Virus record (IMG/VR): IMGVR_UViG_2713896792_000001
Coordinates: 1 to 36,662 of that record
Reading direction: 5' to 3' (one strand)
Source of the DNA: a virus
Taxonomy: Duplodnaviria; Heunggongvirae; Uroviricota; Caudoviricetes
Length of the DNA stretch: 36,662 bases
Numbering within the stretch: the stretch's first letter is position 1; the number at the start of each line of letters is the position of its first letter. The position numbers were made by a program, and so were the translations under genes. Shown here one piece after another: positions 20,125 to 27,515 of this stretch. Under the pieces are notes generated by a model, which worked only from the letters and a program-made list of their open reading frames with translations, made no database searches and had not been told where the DNA came from.

Positions 20125-20144
20125 AAGAGGCCCTAAGGCCTCTT
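20125..20144. terminator. hairpin between convergent genes (possible weak terminator)
   Basis: AAGAGGCC-CTAA-GGCCTCTT perfect 8-bp stem in the gap between moron gene 2 stop and Q stop; no clean U-tract on either strand. Confidence 0.25.
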
Positions 20145-20148
20145 ATAA

Positions 20149-20490
20149 TCATAGCATTGATAGCACACCACTAACAAAACCTAATGCTGTTTGCATATCT
20201 TTTCTAATTGTCCCATCAGAACACTTACGCTTCTTCGCAATGGCGCGTAATGAAATACCAATAACAAAGTGGGCAATTATTAGCTCATATTCTTCTTGTT
20301 TATATTTACGTAACCGTGCGACACAACCGTCTATCACGATCCCTTCATCATCATCACACTGGAGACGTGTTTTTTTACCATGAGGTAAAAGCCCCTTGAA
20401 GCCTGCTGCTATCGGCTGCCAGTCCACACTACTGTTATCTGCTGCAGCCCATGCTCCCCAGCGGTCCAAAACTTCATACATGTCACGCAT
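20149..20490 (-). CDS. late antiterminator Q (QuuD / phage 82 Q-like)
   Basis: Start at Met7 of track ORF (MRDMYEVLDRWGAWAA...), preceded by GGAGAAAG; N-terminus and AAGFKGL motif match my recollection of E. coli QuuD; upstream of the lysis cassette. Confidence 0.7.
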   Translation of the reverse strand: MRDMYEVLDRWGAWAAADNSSVDWQPIAAGFKGLLPHGKKTRLQCDDDEGIVIDGCVARLRKYKQEEYELIIAHFVIGISLRAIAKKRKCSDGTIRKDMQTALGFVSGVLSML

Positions 20491-20507
20491 CAACTTTCTC
20501 CACAACA

Positions 20508-21503
20508 TCAGCCCAGTACGCCAGTTGCCAGCGCACGATCGATAAAACGAAATATCAGCTCCAGCTGAGAGCCATACTTCTCTTCAAATGCCACGGTATC
20601 CGCATGCAGTTCGTCGTGATGCTTTCTGCACAAAGGCAACACAAAGAGATCATGCGCTTTTGTACCCATTCCCCCCTGACCGTGGCCTATCAGGTGGTGA
20701 GGATCATCAGCAGGCTTTCCACAACATGCGCACGGCTGTGTCTTAACCCAGCGCGTGTACTTTTCATTAACCCAGCGGCGACGTTTTGGGCGTAACATAA
20801 AAGACTCCGGCGACTCCGGATCCACTTTCAGCGCCAGCACCTTTTTCGCCTTATCCTGGATGATGCTGGTGGCAGGAACCGAAGGCACAAGGTCACTTTC
20901 CCGGGTGACAGACGGCACAACAGGATTCGGTAATCTCAGTGCCTTACGGGCTGCGCTTTCCGGTAAGGCATCCGCCAGATCATTACGAACCAGCCACCAG
21001 CACAGTTCCGGCATTGTCACAACGTGACTGTCATCAAAACCGAGATCCCGACGCACAACAGACAACACCCAGCGGGCACAGTTATCCGTTGCCATTGATT
21101 CCAGCCGTTCCGTGAACTGATCGCGCAGCTGGTTATCGCAGTGCCAGCACAGACGGATTGCGCCCGGAGCGTGTCGCATTGTTGTCATGTTCTCGCTGTG
21201 CCAGTCGGAATGAGGCCACTGGCAGCCTTTTTCACGAAGTAACCAGCTTTCAAGACATTCCACGCCACCAGCACGACGGATCACTGCCTCATTGCGGAAC
21301 ACGGCCCGAACAGCAGGATCATCCGCCAGCGGTTGTGATGCCGCCGGAACGGCACCACTGGCAAAAGATGAATAACGTTCTGGCTCAGGCTCCAGCAGGA
21401 CACGCCCCTGCATAAACAGGGGCATCAGCTCTGAACCGGGTCTGAACAATACGATCCCCATACGCGGGGCAATTTCAGGGGTCAGTAATGCTCTCACGGT
21501 CAC
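20508..21503 (-). CDS. DUF968-like protein with C-terminal Cys/His nuclease-like motif
   Basis: 331-aa ORF (GTG start in track; first ATG is Met14); C-terminal PCACCGKPADDPHHLIGHG...CRKHHDELH motif resembles the YdfU/DUF968 family found in nin regions. Confidence 0.45.
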   Translation of the reverse strand: MTVRALLTPEIAPRMGIVLFRPGSELMPLFMQGRVLLEPEPERYSSFASGAVPAASQPLADDPAVRAVFRNEAVIRRAGGVECLESWLLREKGCQWPHSDWHSENMTTMRHAPGAIRLCWHCDNQLRDQFTERLESMATDNCARWVLSVVRRDLGFDDSHVVTMPELCWWLVRNDLADALPESAARKALRLPNPVVPSVTRESDLVPSVPATSIIQDKAKKVLALKVDPESPESFMLRPKRRRWVNEKYTRWVKTQPCACCGKPADDPHHLIGHGQGGMGTKAHDLFVLPLCRKHHDELHADTVAFEEKYGSQLELIFRFIDRALATGVLG

Positions 21504-21504
21504 C

Positions 21505-22302
21505 TCAATGAACGGTATCGAGCAGCTTTAACAGCTCAGGGAATCGGGATTCGAAGAAATGCGGCTGCGTCTCGCGCGGATTTGCGGGACTGGTGATGTT
21601 CTTGCCGAACATGCAGCCTTTCGCTGTCAGCGACCAGAATTTTTTGATGTTGTTAATCGCGGTACGGCTGTATCGTTCGCGTTGTTCAACGATCCCCAGC
21701 TTCGCCATCTGGTGATATGCCTGATTAGCCGTCAGGCAGATACCATACTGTTTCAGCAGTGCACTCAGTGACAGTGTCGGGCGACTTGAGCCATCAGGCG
21801 CGTCAGCAGGAGCATCAATGGCATAGCGCGGTGCCAGATTCGGTAAGCCAACAGCCTCCTGGAGTTTCTGACAGGCCCCAAGCACAGATGAGTTAGACAG
21901 GTTTAACTCCCGACGCATAAAGTCCAGCAGAATCACTCCAGCCTGCATCTTGTCAGCAGCCTGTCCGGATAATTTTTCCGGTGCGCTGGTTACCATGTCG
22001 AAAGTACGGATCACCTTCAGATGGAATGACGGGCTGATCCACATTGCATAGGCATACACCAATTCCTTACAGACATACGTCCCCTGATTATTTCCGCCGC
22101 GAATAACGTTAACTGGCTCTATATTGACCGAGTTGCAAATCTGCAACTCGCTTATTAAACGTTCAGTTTGCTCATTGCGGAGCCAGAATGCAGGCTTATG
22201 CTTATCCAGAGAACCGGCAGCCCTGTGCAGATCGTTCAGGCTGTAACGCCCATAAGCATCACGACGAACGTCAATACCATCAATGACCATCAGATTATTC
22301 AT
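21505..22302 (-). CDS. KilA-N domain protein
   Basis: Start at Met12 of track ORF with AGAGGAGAAA SD; N-terminal NLMVIDGIDVRRDAYGRYSLNDLHRAAG...FWLRNEQTERLISEL matches the KilA-N pattern. Confidence 0.55.
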   Translation of the reverse strand: MNNLMVIDGIDVRRDAYGRYSLNDLHRAAGSLDKHKPAFWLRNEQTERLISELQICNSVNIEPVNVIRGGNNQGTYVCKELVYAYAMWISPSFHLKVIRTFDMVTSAPEKLSGQAADKMQAGVILLDFMRRELNLSNSSVLGACQKLQEAVGLPNLAPRYAIDAPADAPDGSSRPTLSLSALLKQYGICLTANQAYHQMAKLGIVEQRERYSRTAINNIKKFWSLTAKGCMFGKNITSPANPRETQPHFFESRFPELLKLLDTVH

Positions 22303-22321
22303 ACTTCGTTTCTCCTCTTGA

Positions 22322-22711
22322 TCAGGCGGCTGCACCCGCCGTTTTCTCGTACTTACTGATAGTGATCTCGACCTTCCCTTCCGGGATAACCGGTCTCCAC
22401 TCCACCAGCATTCTTTTCACCTGACTGTCGTCTTCCCACACCCCCGCGTGGGTCAGGGCGTCAAACAGCGCCTTGTTATAGTTGTCCAGATCGCGGATCC
22501 GGTTATCCGGAGGAAACAACACGATCTCCACTGAAGCAGGTGCCGACGTTGGTTTCGGCAGACGATGTAACTGCTCAACTATTGCTGCACACGCCGCGCT
22601 CTGGAATTTTCGCCCCGCCTCGCTTATCAGGCTCTTACCTGCAAACGCCCCTTTGTTGGGGTGTCGCCAGTACGTGTTCACGCTGGGCGGAAAAGGCAGT
22701 ATTAGCTTCAT
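22322..22711 (-). CDS. rusA: RusA-family Holliday junction resolvase
   Basis: 129-aa ORF; N-terminal LILPFPPSVNTYWR and central RDLDNYNKALFDALTHAGVWEDD motifs match RusA; ATG overlaps upstream stop. Confidence 0.75.
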   Translation of the reverse strand: MKLILPFPPSVNTYWRHPNKGAFAGKSLISEAGRKFQSAACAAIVEQLHRLPKPTSAPASVEIVLFPPDNRIRDLDNYNKALFDALTHAGVWEDDSQVKRMLVEWRPVIPEGKVEITISKYEKTAGAAA

Positions 22712-23034
22712 ACTTTCAGCTCCCTCTCATGTAACCAGTGGGCTGCACGCAGCCTGGCGTTTTCCTCACCGGCAAGCAGTGCGCGGATAATCCCGACCGC
22801 CTCGCTGTCGTCGTCCTTCACCGCGGTATGAAGAGTGATACCCCGGGCCACGCCACGCTTTATCGTGATTACGCCTTTTTTCTCCAGTGCGCGAAGATGC
22901 TCCACCGCTGCATTCACTGAACGGTATCCCAGCATGGTTGCCACCTCCTGATTGGTTGGCGGGAAGCCACGTTCTTTCTGATAAGAAATCAGCATATCCA
23001 GCACCTGCTGCTGGCATTGAGTTAACGTCGTCAT
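22708..23034 (-). CDS. LexA N-terminal DNA-binding-domain protein lacking a peptidase domain
   Basis: Start at Met12 of track ORF; LTQCQQQVLDMLISYQKERGFPPTNQEVATMLGYRSVNAAVEHLRALEKKGVITIKRGVARGITL resembles the LexA winged-helix domain; only about 40 further residues, no Ser/Lys S24 domain. Confidence 0.5.
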   Translation of the reverse strand: MTTLTQCQQQVLDMLISYQKERGFPPTNQEVATMLGYRSVNAAVEHLRALEKKGVITIKRGVARGITLHTAVKDDDSEAVGIIRALLAGEENARLRAAHWLHERELKV

Positions 23035-23522
23035 TAAGCCCCCACGTAATTCCCTGACAGATACCACTCTTCACCCGATGCAGCGCGCTTGCTGCTTTTC
23101 CGTAAGCACCGCTCACGACGCGCCAGAAAATTGTTTCGTTCTGGCTGGGAGTGGCTTTCACGGAATGCCGCCATCCACACGGTTGCAGCACGACGGTATA
23201 AGCCCCTGGACTCCAGTTCTTCAGCCTGGCGGGTCAGGCACAAAATCACCTGGGGATCGTTAGTGCCGACATAGAAATTGCGCACAGGTCCGGTTTCACG
23301 AACTGGTTGTGGTTCCGGCTCCTGCGCTCTCTCAGTCAGGCGCGGGAAATGTCTGCGTGTATCACCTTCACAACGGTGAGCCACACGCCCACTCTGACGT
23401 AACTTGCTTGCTGACTGCAGAACGCGCTGCCGTGAGTAACCAGCAAAAGCATCTGCAATGTCTCCGGAAGTACACCCCGGATGGGCTTCAATGAATTTCT
23501 GAACGTCATTTAACAGACTCAT
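23034..23522 (-). CDS. PerC-like transcriptional regulator (candidate)
   Basis: Start at Met3 (ATG, SD GGGGGTGA); C-terminal AEELESRGLYRRAATVWMAAF...RRERCL resembles the PerC/Pch motif as I recall it. Confidence 0.4.
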   Translation of the reverse strand: MSLLNDVQKFIEAHPGCTSGDIADAFAGYSRQRVLQSASKLRQSGRVAHRCEGDTRRHFPRLTERAQEPEPQPVRETGPVRNFYVGTNDPQVILCLTRQAEELESRGLYRRAATVWMAAFRESHSQPERNNFLARRERCLRKSSKRAASGEEWYLSGNYVGA

Positions 23523-23524
23523 GA

Positions 23525-24466
23525 TCACCCCCTGAATCCTGCCGGGATCTGGCTGTAGTCCACGTTGTCGTAACTGGATTTGAAGTACGGGTCTTCGCGT
23601 TTTTCGGTGTACGTGCTGACGGACGGCGATAAGCGCAGGGAAAGCTCATCCCATTTTTCCCGCAGCTTCGACGGGCTGAGCACGTTACGGCACCAGAACG
23701 GATCGCGGCTGACGCGGCTGTACATCTCGCAGATTTGTTTGTGAGTACGACCATCCTGCACACACATCAGGCGAATTTCGTTTGCCCAGGCTGTCCAGTT
23801 CGGTTCTTTGGGACGAACCACCTCGCCGTCACATTCGGCAGCCTGCTCGTACAGGGCGATGATTTTTTTCCAGAGCCACTGTGCGCAGGTCAAATCATCC
23901 TGCGTCCCCCACTGGCGCTTTTTAGGGCTGAATACAACCGCATCAGGATGGCGAGTTAAAAAATCCTGTTCATCCGTCTGCGTGTCCGGTTGCGAAGCGT
24001 CCGGACGAGAAGTTTTTTTATCTGACGGATCATGTTTTGATTTTACTGACGGATCCCCGCCAGATTCTGACGGGTGAAAACCCGCTTTTTTGCCAGATTT
24101 CGACGCATCAAATTTTGACGGGTCAGATTTTGATGCGTCAGATTTTGACGGGTCAGAATCTGACAGTTGAGAAAATGCCGCTGCCTGAAGCTTCGCAACG
24201 TTAAGCTGATAAACATTCGACGCATTGCGGTTACCCTGGCGACGCGCCTTACGCGTTAACCAGCCTTCTGCTTCCAGCCGTGCGATAGCCGTTCTGACGG
24301 TACTCATCCCCGCGCCAATCTGGCGGGCAATGGTTTCAATTGATGGCCAGCACACACCTTCGTCATTACTGAAATCAGCCAGGCGGGCCATAATTGCCAC
24401 GCTGGATAATTTCATGCCTGATGCAGCGCAACCATCCCATACATAGCCGGTTAATTTAGTGCTCAT
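23525..24466 (-). CDS. phage replication initiation protein (O-like, N-terminal wHTH)
   Basis: 313-aa ORF; N-terminal helix-turn-helix-like region, low-complexity Asp/Ser/Lys linker encoded by the iteron array, distinct C-terminal domain. Confidence 0.6.
   Translation of the reverse strand: MSTKLTGYVWDGCAASGMKLSSVAIMARLADFSNDEGVCWPSIETIARQIGAGMSTVRTAIARLEAEGWLTRKARRQGNRNASNVYQLNVAKLQAAAFSQLSDSDPSKSDASKSDPSKFDASKSGKKAGFHPSESGGDPSVKSKHDPSDKKTSRPDASQPDTQTDEQDFLTRHPDAVVFSPKKRQWGTQDDLTCAQWLWKKIIALYEQAAECDGEVVRPKEPNWTAWANEIRLMCVQDGRTHKQICEMYSRVSRDPFWCRNVLSPSKLREKWDELSLRLSPSVSTYTEKREDPYFKSSYDNVDYSQIPAGFRG
24020..24166. repeat. iteron array (candidate origin of replication) inside the initiator gene
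   Basis: Tandem approx 15-bp repeats CAGATTTTGACGGGT / CAGATTTTGATGCGT / CAAATTTTGACGGGT / CAGATTTCGACGCAT / CAGATTCTGACGGGT plus TCTGACGG half-sites. Confidence 0.55.
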
Positions 24467-24475
24467 GACCGACCT

Positions 24476-24814
24476 CTATTTCCCTGAATTTACGACGAAA
24501 CTGTTCGAGCGGGCTGAAGCACTCATGCTCATAGCCTTCGCGGAGGTAGATAACCCGTTGTGTTTCCGGCTCCCAACGAATGACTCTGACGGGCACTCCG
24601 TAGTGATCTTTGAACCAGCGGTTAACTTGTCGCAAAGGACTGTCTCCTTCTGCCGGTTGAAATCACCCACAGCCCACTCTGCAAAGCTGTGGGTTACAAT
24701 TTCCCTGTCACCTGGTACATTTACTGCATAGCAATACTCCACCTTCGCTTTTCCACCCGGTACAGGAAGCGCAATCAGTTGCGAGCGACGGTAGTGTGTT
24801 GTTAAACTGTTCAT
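24476..24814 (-). CDS. hypothetical protein (frame uncertain; see findings)
   Basis: 112-aa ORF whose ATG overlaps the CII-like stop (ATGA); its C-terminal half is low-complexity, while an alternative frame (24456-24635, TTG start, AAGGAG SD) encodes a more protein-like 59-aa sequence. Confidence 0.3.
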   Translation of the reverse strand: MNSLTTHYRRSQLIALPVPGGKAKVEYCYAVNVPGDREIVTHSFAEWAVGDFNRQKETVLCDKLTAGSKITTECPSESFVGSRKHNGLSTSAKAMSMSASARSNSFVVNSGK

Positions 24815-25407
24815 GCGTTAGTTTCTCCACAGTCACGACACGCCACGGCGCCCGGAGCTGCACACTCGCGGGCGTCATTACTTTCTGAAATGCAAAAAAT
24901 TTTGTAGACCAGTGCTGCATGCTCCTGCAGCTTCGAAATTGAGAGGTACAGCTCGTCGTTAATTGCTGTCTTCTCATGCGGTTCCACTACACCGTCTTCA
25001 ATTGCTGAACGAATCTGTTTTGAATAACTGCCGATCTGTTCAATGACTTCCAGCAGGCGCTGGTTAATATCGGCGTTGTCCACATCCTCGACGTCAGGAA
25101 GAGACACAAAGACGCCATTTGCAGACTGCGCCACAGCGTCAGCAATGAAGTGAGTTCCACCAGCACGTTGCAAAATCATTGCCCATCCCAGCGGGAAAAT
25201 CTGATCGCCATCGGCACGAAGGCGGTTAAATAATGCGTTCTCTGTTACATCCAGCCAGTCAGCTGCTTCAGCGTAACCACCCGGCAACTTTGCGATAGTT
25301 TTTCTGACAGCTTTCACGTACCACTCAGGCTGTTTTTCTACTTTCCAGTGATGCTTACCCACGGTTAGCCTCATCGTTCTGTGGTTTCTGTTAATCGATT
25401 TATCCAT
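24811..25407 (-). CDS. CII-like regulatory protein (CP76/YdaT-like, candidate)
   Basis: Track ORF starts at GTG 25476 inside cro; first plausible ATG (Met24, 25407) overlaps cro stop (ATGGATAA); position immediately downstream of cro. Confidence 0.4.
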   Translation of the reverse strand: MDKSINRNHRTMRLTVGKHHWKVEKQPEWYVKAVRKTIAKLPGGYAEAADWLDVTENALFNRLRADGDQIFPLGWAMILQRAGGTHFIADAVAQSANGVFVSLPDVEDVDNADINQRLLEVIEQIGSYSKQIRSAIEDGVVEPHEKTAINDELYLSISKLQEHAALVYKIFCISESNDARECAAPGAVACRDCGETNA

Positions 25408-25600
25408 TAGATTTTTCATAAAGCTCAGGTTTAAATGGCAACCGTCCGCAAGTTCTATATGCAGCTTCTGCTGCACGTCCTTTTGGAATTAACTGGCCCG
25501 GACGGTTTCGCCACTGATAAACGGCTTCAGTTGTTATGCCGAAAAAAGCAGCAACTTTCTCAATACTGCCGAAGTAGCTTTCGATATCGTCAGTTGTCAT
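25400..25600 (-). CDS. Cro-like HTH repressor (YdaS family-like)
   Basis: 66-aa ORF divergent from cI, SD GGAGGG; HTH-like segment IEKVAAFFGITTEAVYQWRNR. Confidence 0.6.
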   Translation of the reverse strand: MTTDDIESYFGSIEKVAAFFGITTEAVYQWRNRPGQLIPKGRAAEAAYRTCGRLPFKPELYEKSNG

Positions 25601-25697
25601 ACGCCCTCCAAACTAAGTTTTATTAGATGCTAATTACAAATCTATCTTTGGTCAATAAAAACTAAGATTACTTAGTAATTAAAGAAATGGTGCTCCT
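25601..25697. promoter_or_regulatory. OR-like divergent promoter/operator region between cro and cI
   Basis: 97-bp AT-rich intergenic region containing ACTAAG (25612-25617) and inverted repeat CTAAG-ATTA-CTTAG (25662-25675). Confidence 0.5.
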
Positions 25698-26324
25698 ATG
25701 GAAACGGTTGGTCAGCGTATAAAAGCTCTGAGAAGAGTTACCAGAACGTCCCAGAAAGAATTGGGTAAATTTTGTGGAGTAAGCGACGTTGCTGTGGGGT
25801 ACTGGGAGAAAGACATCAATACCCCTGGTGGGGAGGCACTTTCGAAATTAGCGAAGTTCTTCAATACGTCAATAGATTACATTCTTTATGGTGCTGAGTT
25901 TGAAGGCAAACTCGTCACAAACATGCGCAGAGTTCCTGTAATATCGTGGGTTCAGGCTGGGCAGTTTACTGAGTGCAGGGCAGCAGAAGTGTTTAGTGAA
26001 GTGGACAAGTGGGTAGATACATCATTAAAGATTGGTGATAACTCATTTGCATTAGAGGTTAAAGGTGACTCCATGACTAACCCTAATGGCCTCCCAACAA
26101 TACCAGAAGGCGCAACAGTGATTGTAGATCCAGATGCAGAACCTCGTCATGGAAAAATAGTCATCGCTCGACTTGATGGAACAAACGAAGCTACAGTAAA
26201 AAAATTAGTCATCGATGGCCCTCAAAAGTTTTTAGTGCCATTAAATCCTCGGTATCCCAACATCCCTATCAATGGTAATTGCCTTATCATTGGTGTAGTC
26301 AAAGGAGTTCAATACGAACTCTAA
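25698..26324 (+). CDS. CI-type prophage repressor (HTH_XRE + S24 LexA-like peptidase)
   Basis: 208 aa; N-terminal HTH (QKELGKFCGVSDVAVGYWE), C-terminal S24 motifs EVKGDSMTNP (Ser) and ATVKKLV (Lys). Confidence 0.85.
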   Translation: METVGQRIKALRRVTRTSQKELGKFCGVSDVAVGYWEKDINTPGGEALSKLAKFFNTSIDYILYGAEFEGKLVTNMRRVPVISWVQAGQFTECRAAEVFSEVDKWVDTSLKIGDNSFALEVKGDSMTNPNGLPTIPEGATVIVDPDAEPRHGKIVIARLDGTNEATVKKLVIDGPQKFLVPLNPRYPNIPINGNCLIIGVVKGVQYEL

Positions 26325-26334
26325 GACCTCTCTT

Positions 26335-26410
26335 CTCTAACTAAGGCACCGAACTAAGAAAAGTTTGGTGTTTTCTCTTGCCATAATAACTAAGTTAAGT
26401 TAGATTTTAT
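26335..26410 (+). promoter_or_regulatory. OL/PL-like region: operator repeats and candidate early-left promoter
   Basis: Three copies of AACTAAG (26339-26345, 26352-26358, 26388-26394); -35 TTGCCA (26378-26383), 17-bp spacer, -10 TAGATT (26401-26406). Confidence 0.4.
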
Positions 26411-26493
26411 GTCAAAGATAACGAACAGGCAGGACGCCCACGAAGTAGCCGCCTGGGGCATATGAAGTCCAGGATGATTCGTTAGCAACAAAA

Positions 26494-26527
26494 AAGCGCC
26501 CTACAGGACGCTTAGCTCTTTAACAAT
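26494..26527 (+). promoter_or_regulatory. nut-like site: short hairpin followed by rrn-type boxA
   Basis: AAGCG-N10-CGCTT hairpin (26494-26513) then GCTCTTTAACAAT (26515-26527), which matches the rrn boxA consensus GCTCTTTAACAA. Confidence 0.35.
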
Positions 26528-26571
26528 CTGGTCCCCATCAACAAGTAACTGATAACTTGAGGAGATGTGAA

Positions 26572-26778
26572 ATGCACAAAACAGAACCCAAAATCGTCGC
26601 GCCTGGCTACACAGATGAGGAAATTTATGAGTGGATGACAAAGAAGCTGGCAGCTATAAACCAGCTTCGTGAAGTGCTGTCTTATCGACAGGAAACAATA
26701 GACTCCTTAAAAAAACTGGATCAGGAAATCACGGTTTTATCACAGGATGTTACTTTAGATATTGTGCAGACAAATTAG
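26572..26778 (+). CDS. small hypothetical protein (first early-left ORF)
   Basis: 68 aa from ATG 26572 with GAGGAG SD 7 nt upstream; not Arg-rich, so not an obvious N homolog. Confidence 0.35.
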   Translation: MHKTEPKIVAPGYTDEEIYEWMTKKLAAINQLREVLSYRQETIDSLKKLDQEITVLSQDVTLDIVQTN

Positions 26779-27184
26779 GATCCCATTCATTTTCGTCAAA
26801 ATCATCAAAGTGATGAATTTGTGATCTCCAGTCTCGATAATCTAAAAATTTCTGGGCGGTTACGCTTATTTTATCAAGTGTGAGTTCATCCTGAATTGAA
26901 AGAAGAAGTTCATCAAATTTCATCTCATTAATCTGTTTTGGCATCCAGTGATGCTTCATCAGAATAAGGTGAACCAGAGCCTTTTTCCCATTCAACTGAT
27001 TATAGGGAGTGCCGAATTTCTTCCGGTGCTCATGTAAGACAAGGTCCAAAAGAGTAAGTAATGTTGCCCTTGATTCAACTTTGCTTATTTCGACTGATGA
27101 CACTACCCCACTGATTTCAATGCCCCGATACTTTCCAACATTTTCACAGTGGGATTTGTACAGCGTATAGATATTACCGGACAT
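26750..27184 (-). CDS. hypothetical protein (immunity-region orphan, 144 aa)
   Basis: ATG at 27184 with AAAGGAAAAG upstream; AT-rich by inspection; convergent with and overlapping the 3' end of 26572-26778; no TM segments. Confidence 0.5.
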   Translation of the reverse strand: MSGNIYTLYKSHCENVGKYRGIEISGVVSSVEISKVESRATLLTLLDLVLHEHRKKFGTPYNQLNGKKALVHLILMKHHWMPKQINEMKFDELLLSIQDELTLDKISVTAQKFLDYRDWRSQIHHFDDFDENEWDPNLSAQYLK

Positions 27185-27471
27185 TTCTTTTCCTTTTGCG
27201 TTGTTGGGGATAACCAGATTAACCGAATCCTTGTTGTTGGGGAATAACTAGGTCCACCTCGCCTGATGTGGCTAAAAGCAGGCACATAACAGCTAAGTAT
27301 TTTCAACCAGAGAGAATCCTTAGCGTTGTGGTGAATGCGGCTCAGCGCACGCGGGTTAAGGTTGAGGCTGACAGTCGACCTTCTGTGGATACCCACCCGC
27401 CTGGTGTGCAACCTTCGCCAGGCACCGGGAGGCACCCGGCACCACAACTTTATGCTGTGTGTAGTCTTGGC

Positions 27472-27515
27472 GGTACCAGCTTGTACCCTTGCTTCCGGCT
27501 GGTACCGTCCTTTTT
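27472..27515 (+). terminator. intrinsic terminator-like hairpin in early-left leader
   Basis: GGTACCAGC (27472-27480) / GCTGGTACC (27498-27506) 9-bp stem, followed by GTCCTTTTTA. Confidence 0.4.

Noticed and set aside
22766-23191. 141-aa minus-strand ORF overlapping the LexA-like and PerC-like genes
   Set aside because: Out-of-frame overlap with two better-supported genes that have SDs and recognisable domains; Arg/Gly-rich low-complexity translation
24020-24166. Tandem 15-bp repeats as a CRISPR array
   Set aside because: Repeats are contiguous with no spacers, too short, lie inside a coding sequence, and no cas genes are present; they fit replication-origin iterons
24459-24731. Plus-strand 90-aa ORF between the initiator and CII-like genes
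   Set aside because: Antisense to two candidate minus-strand frames in an otherwise uniformly minus-strand operon; no SD
26572-26778. Small first early-left ORF as a lambda N-type antiterminator
   Set aside because: Lacks the Arg-rich RNA-binding motif expected of N proteins; left as hypothetical
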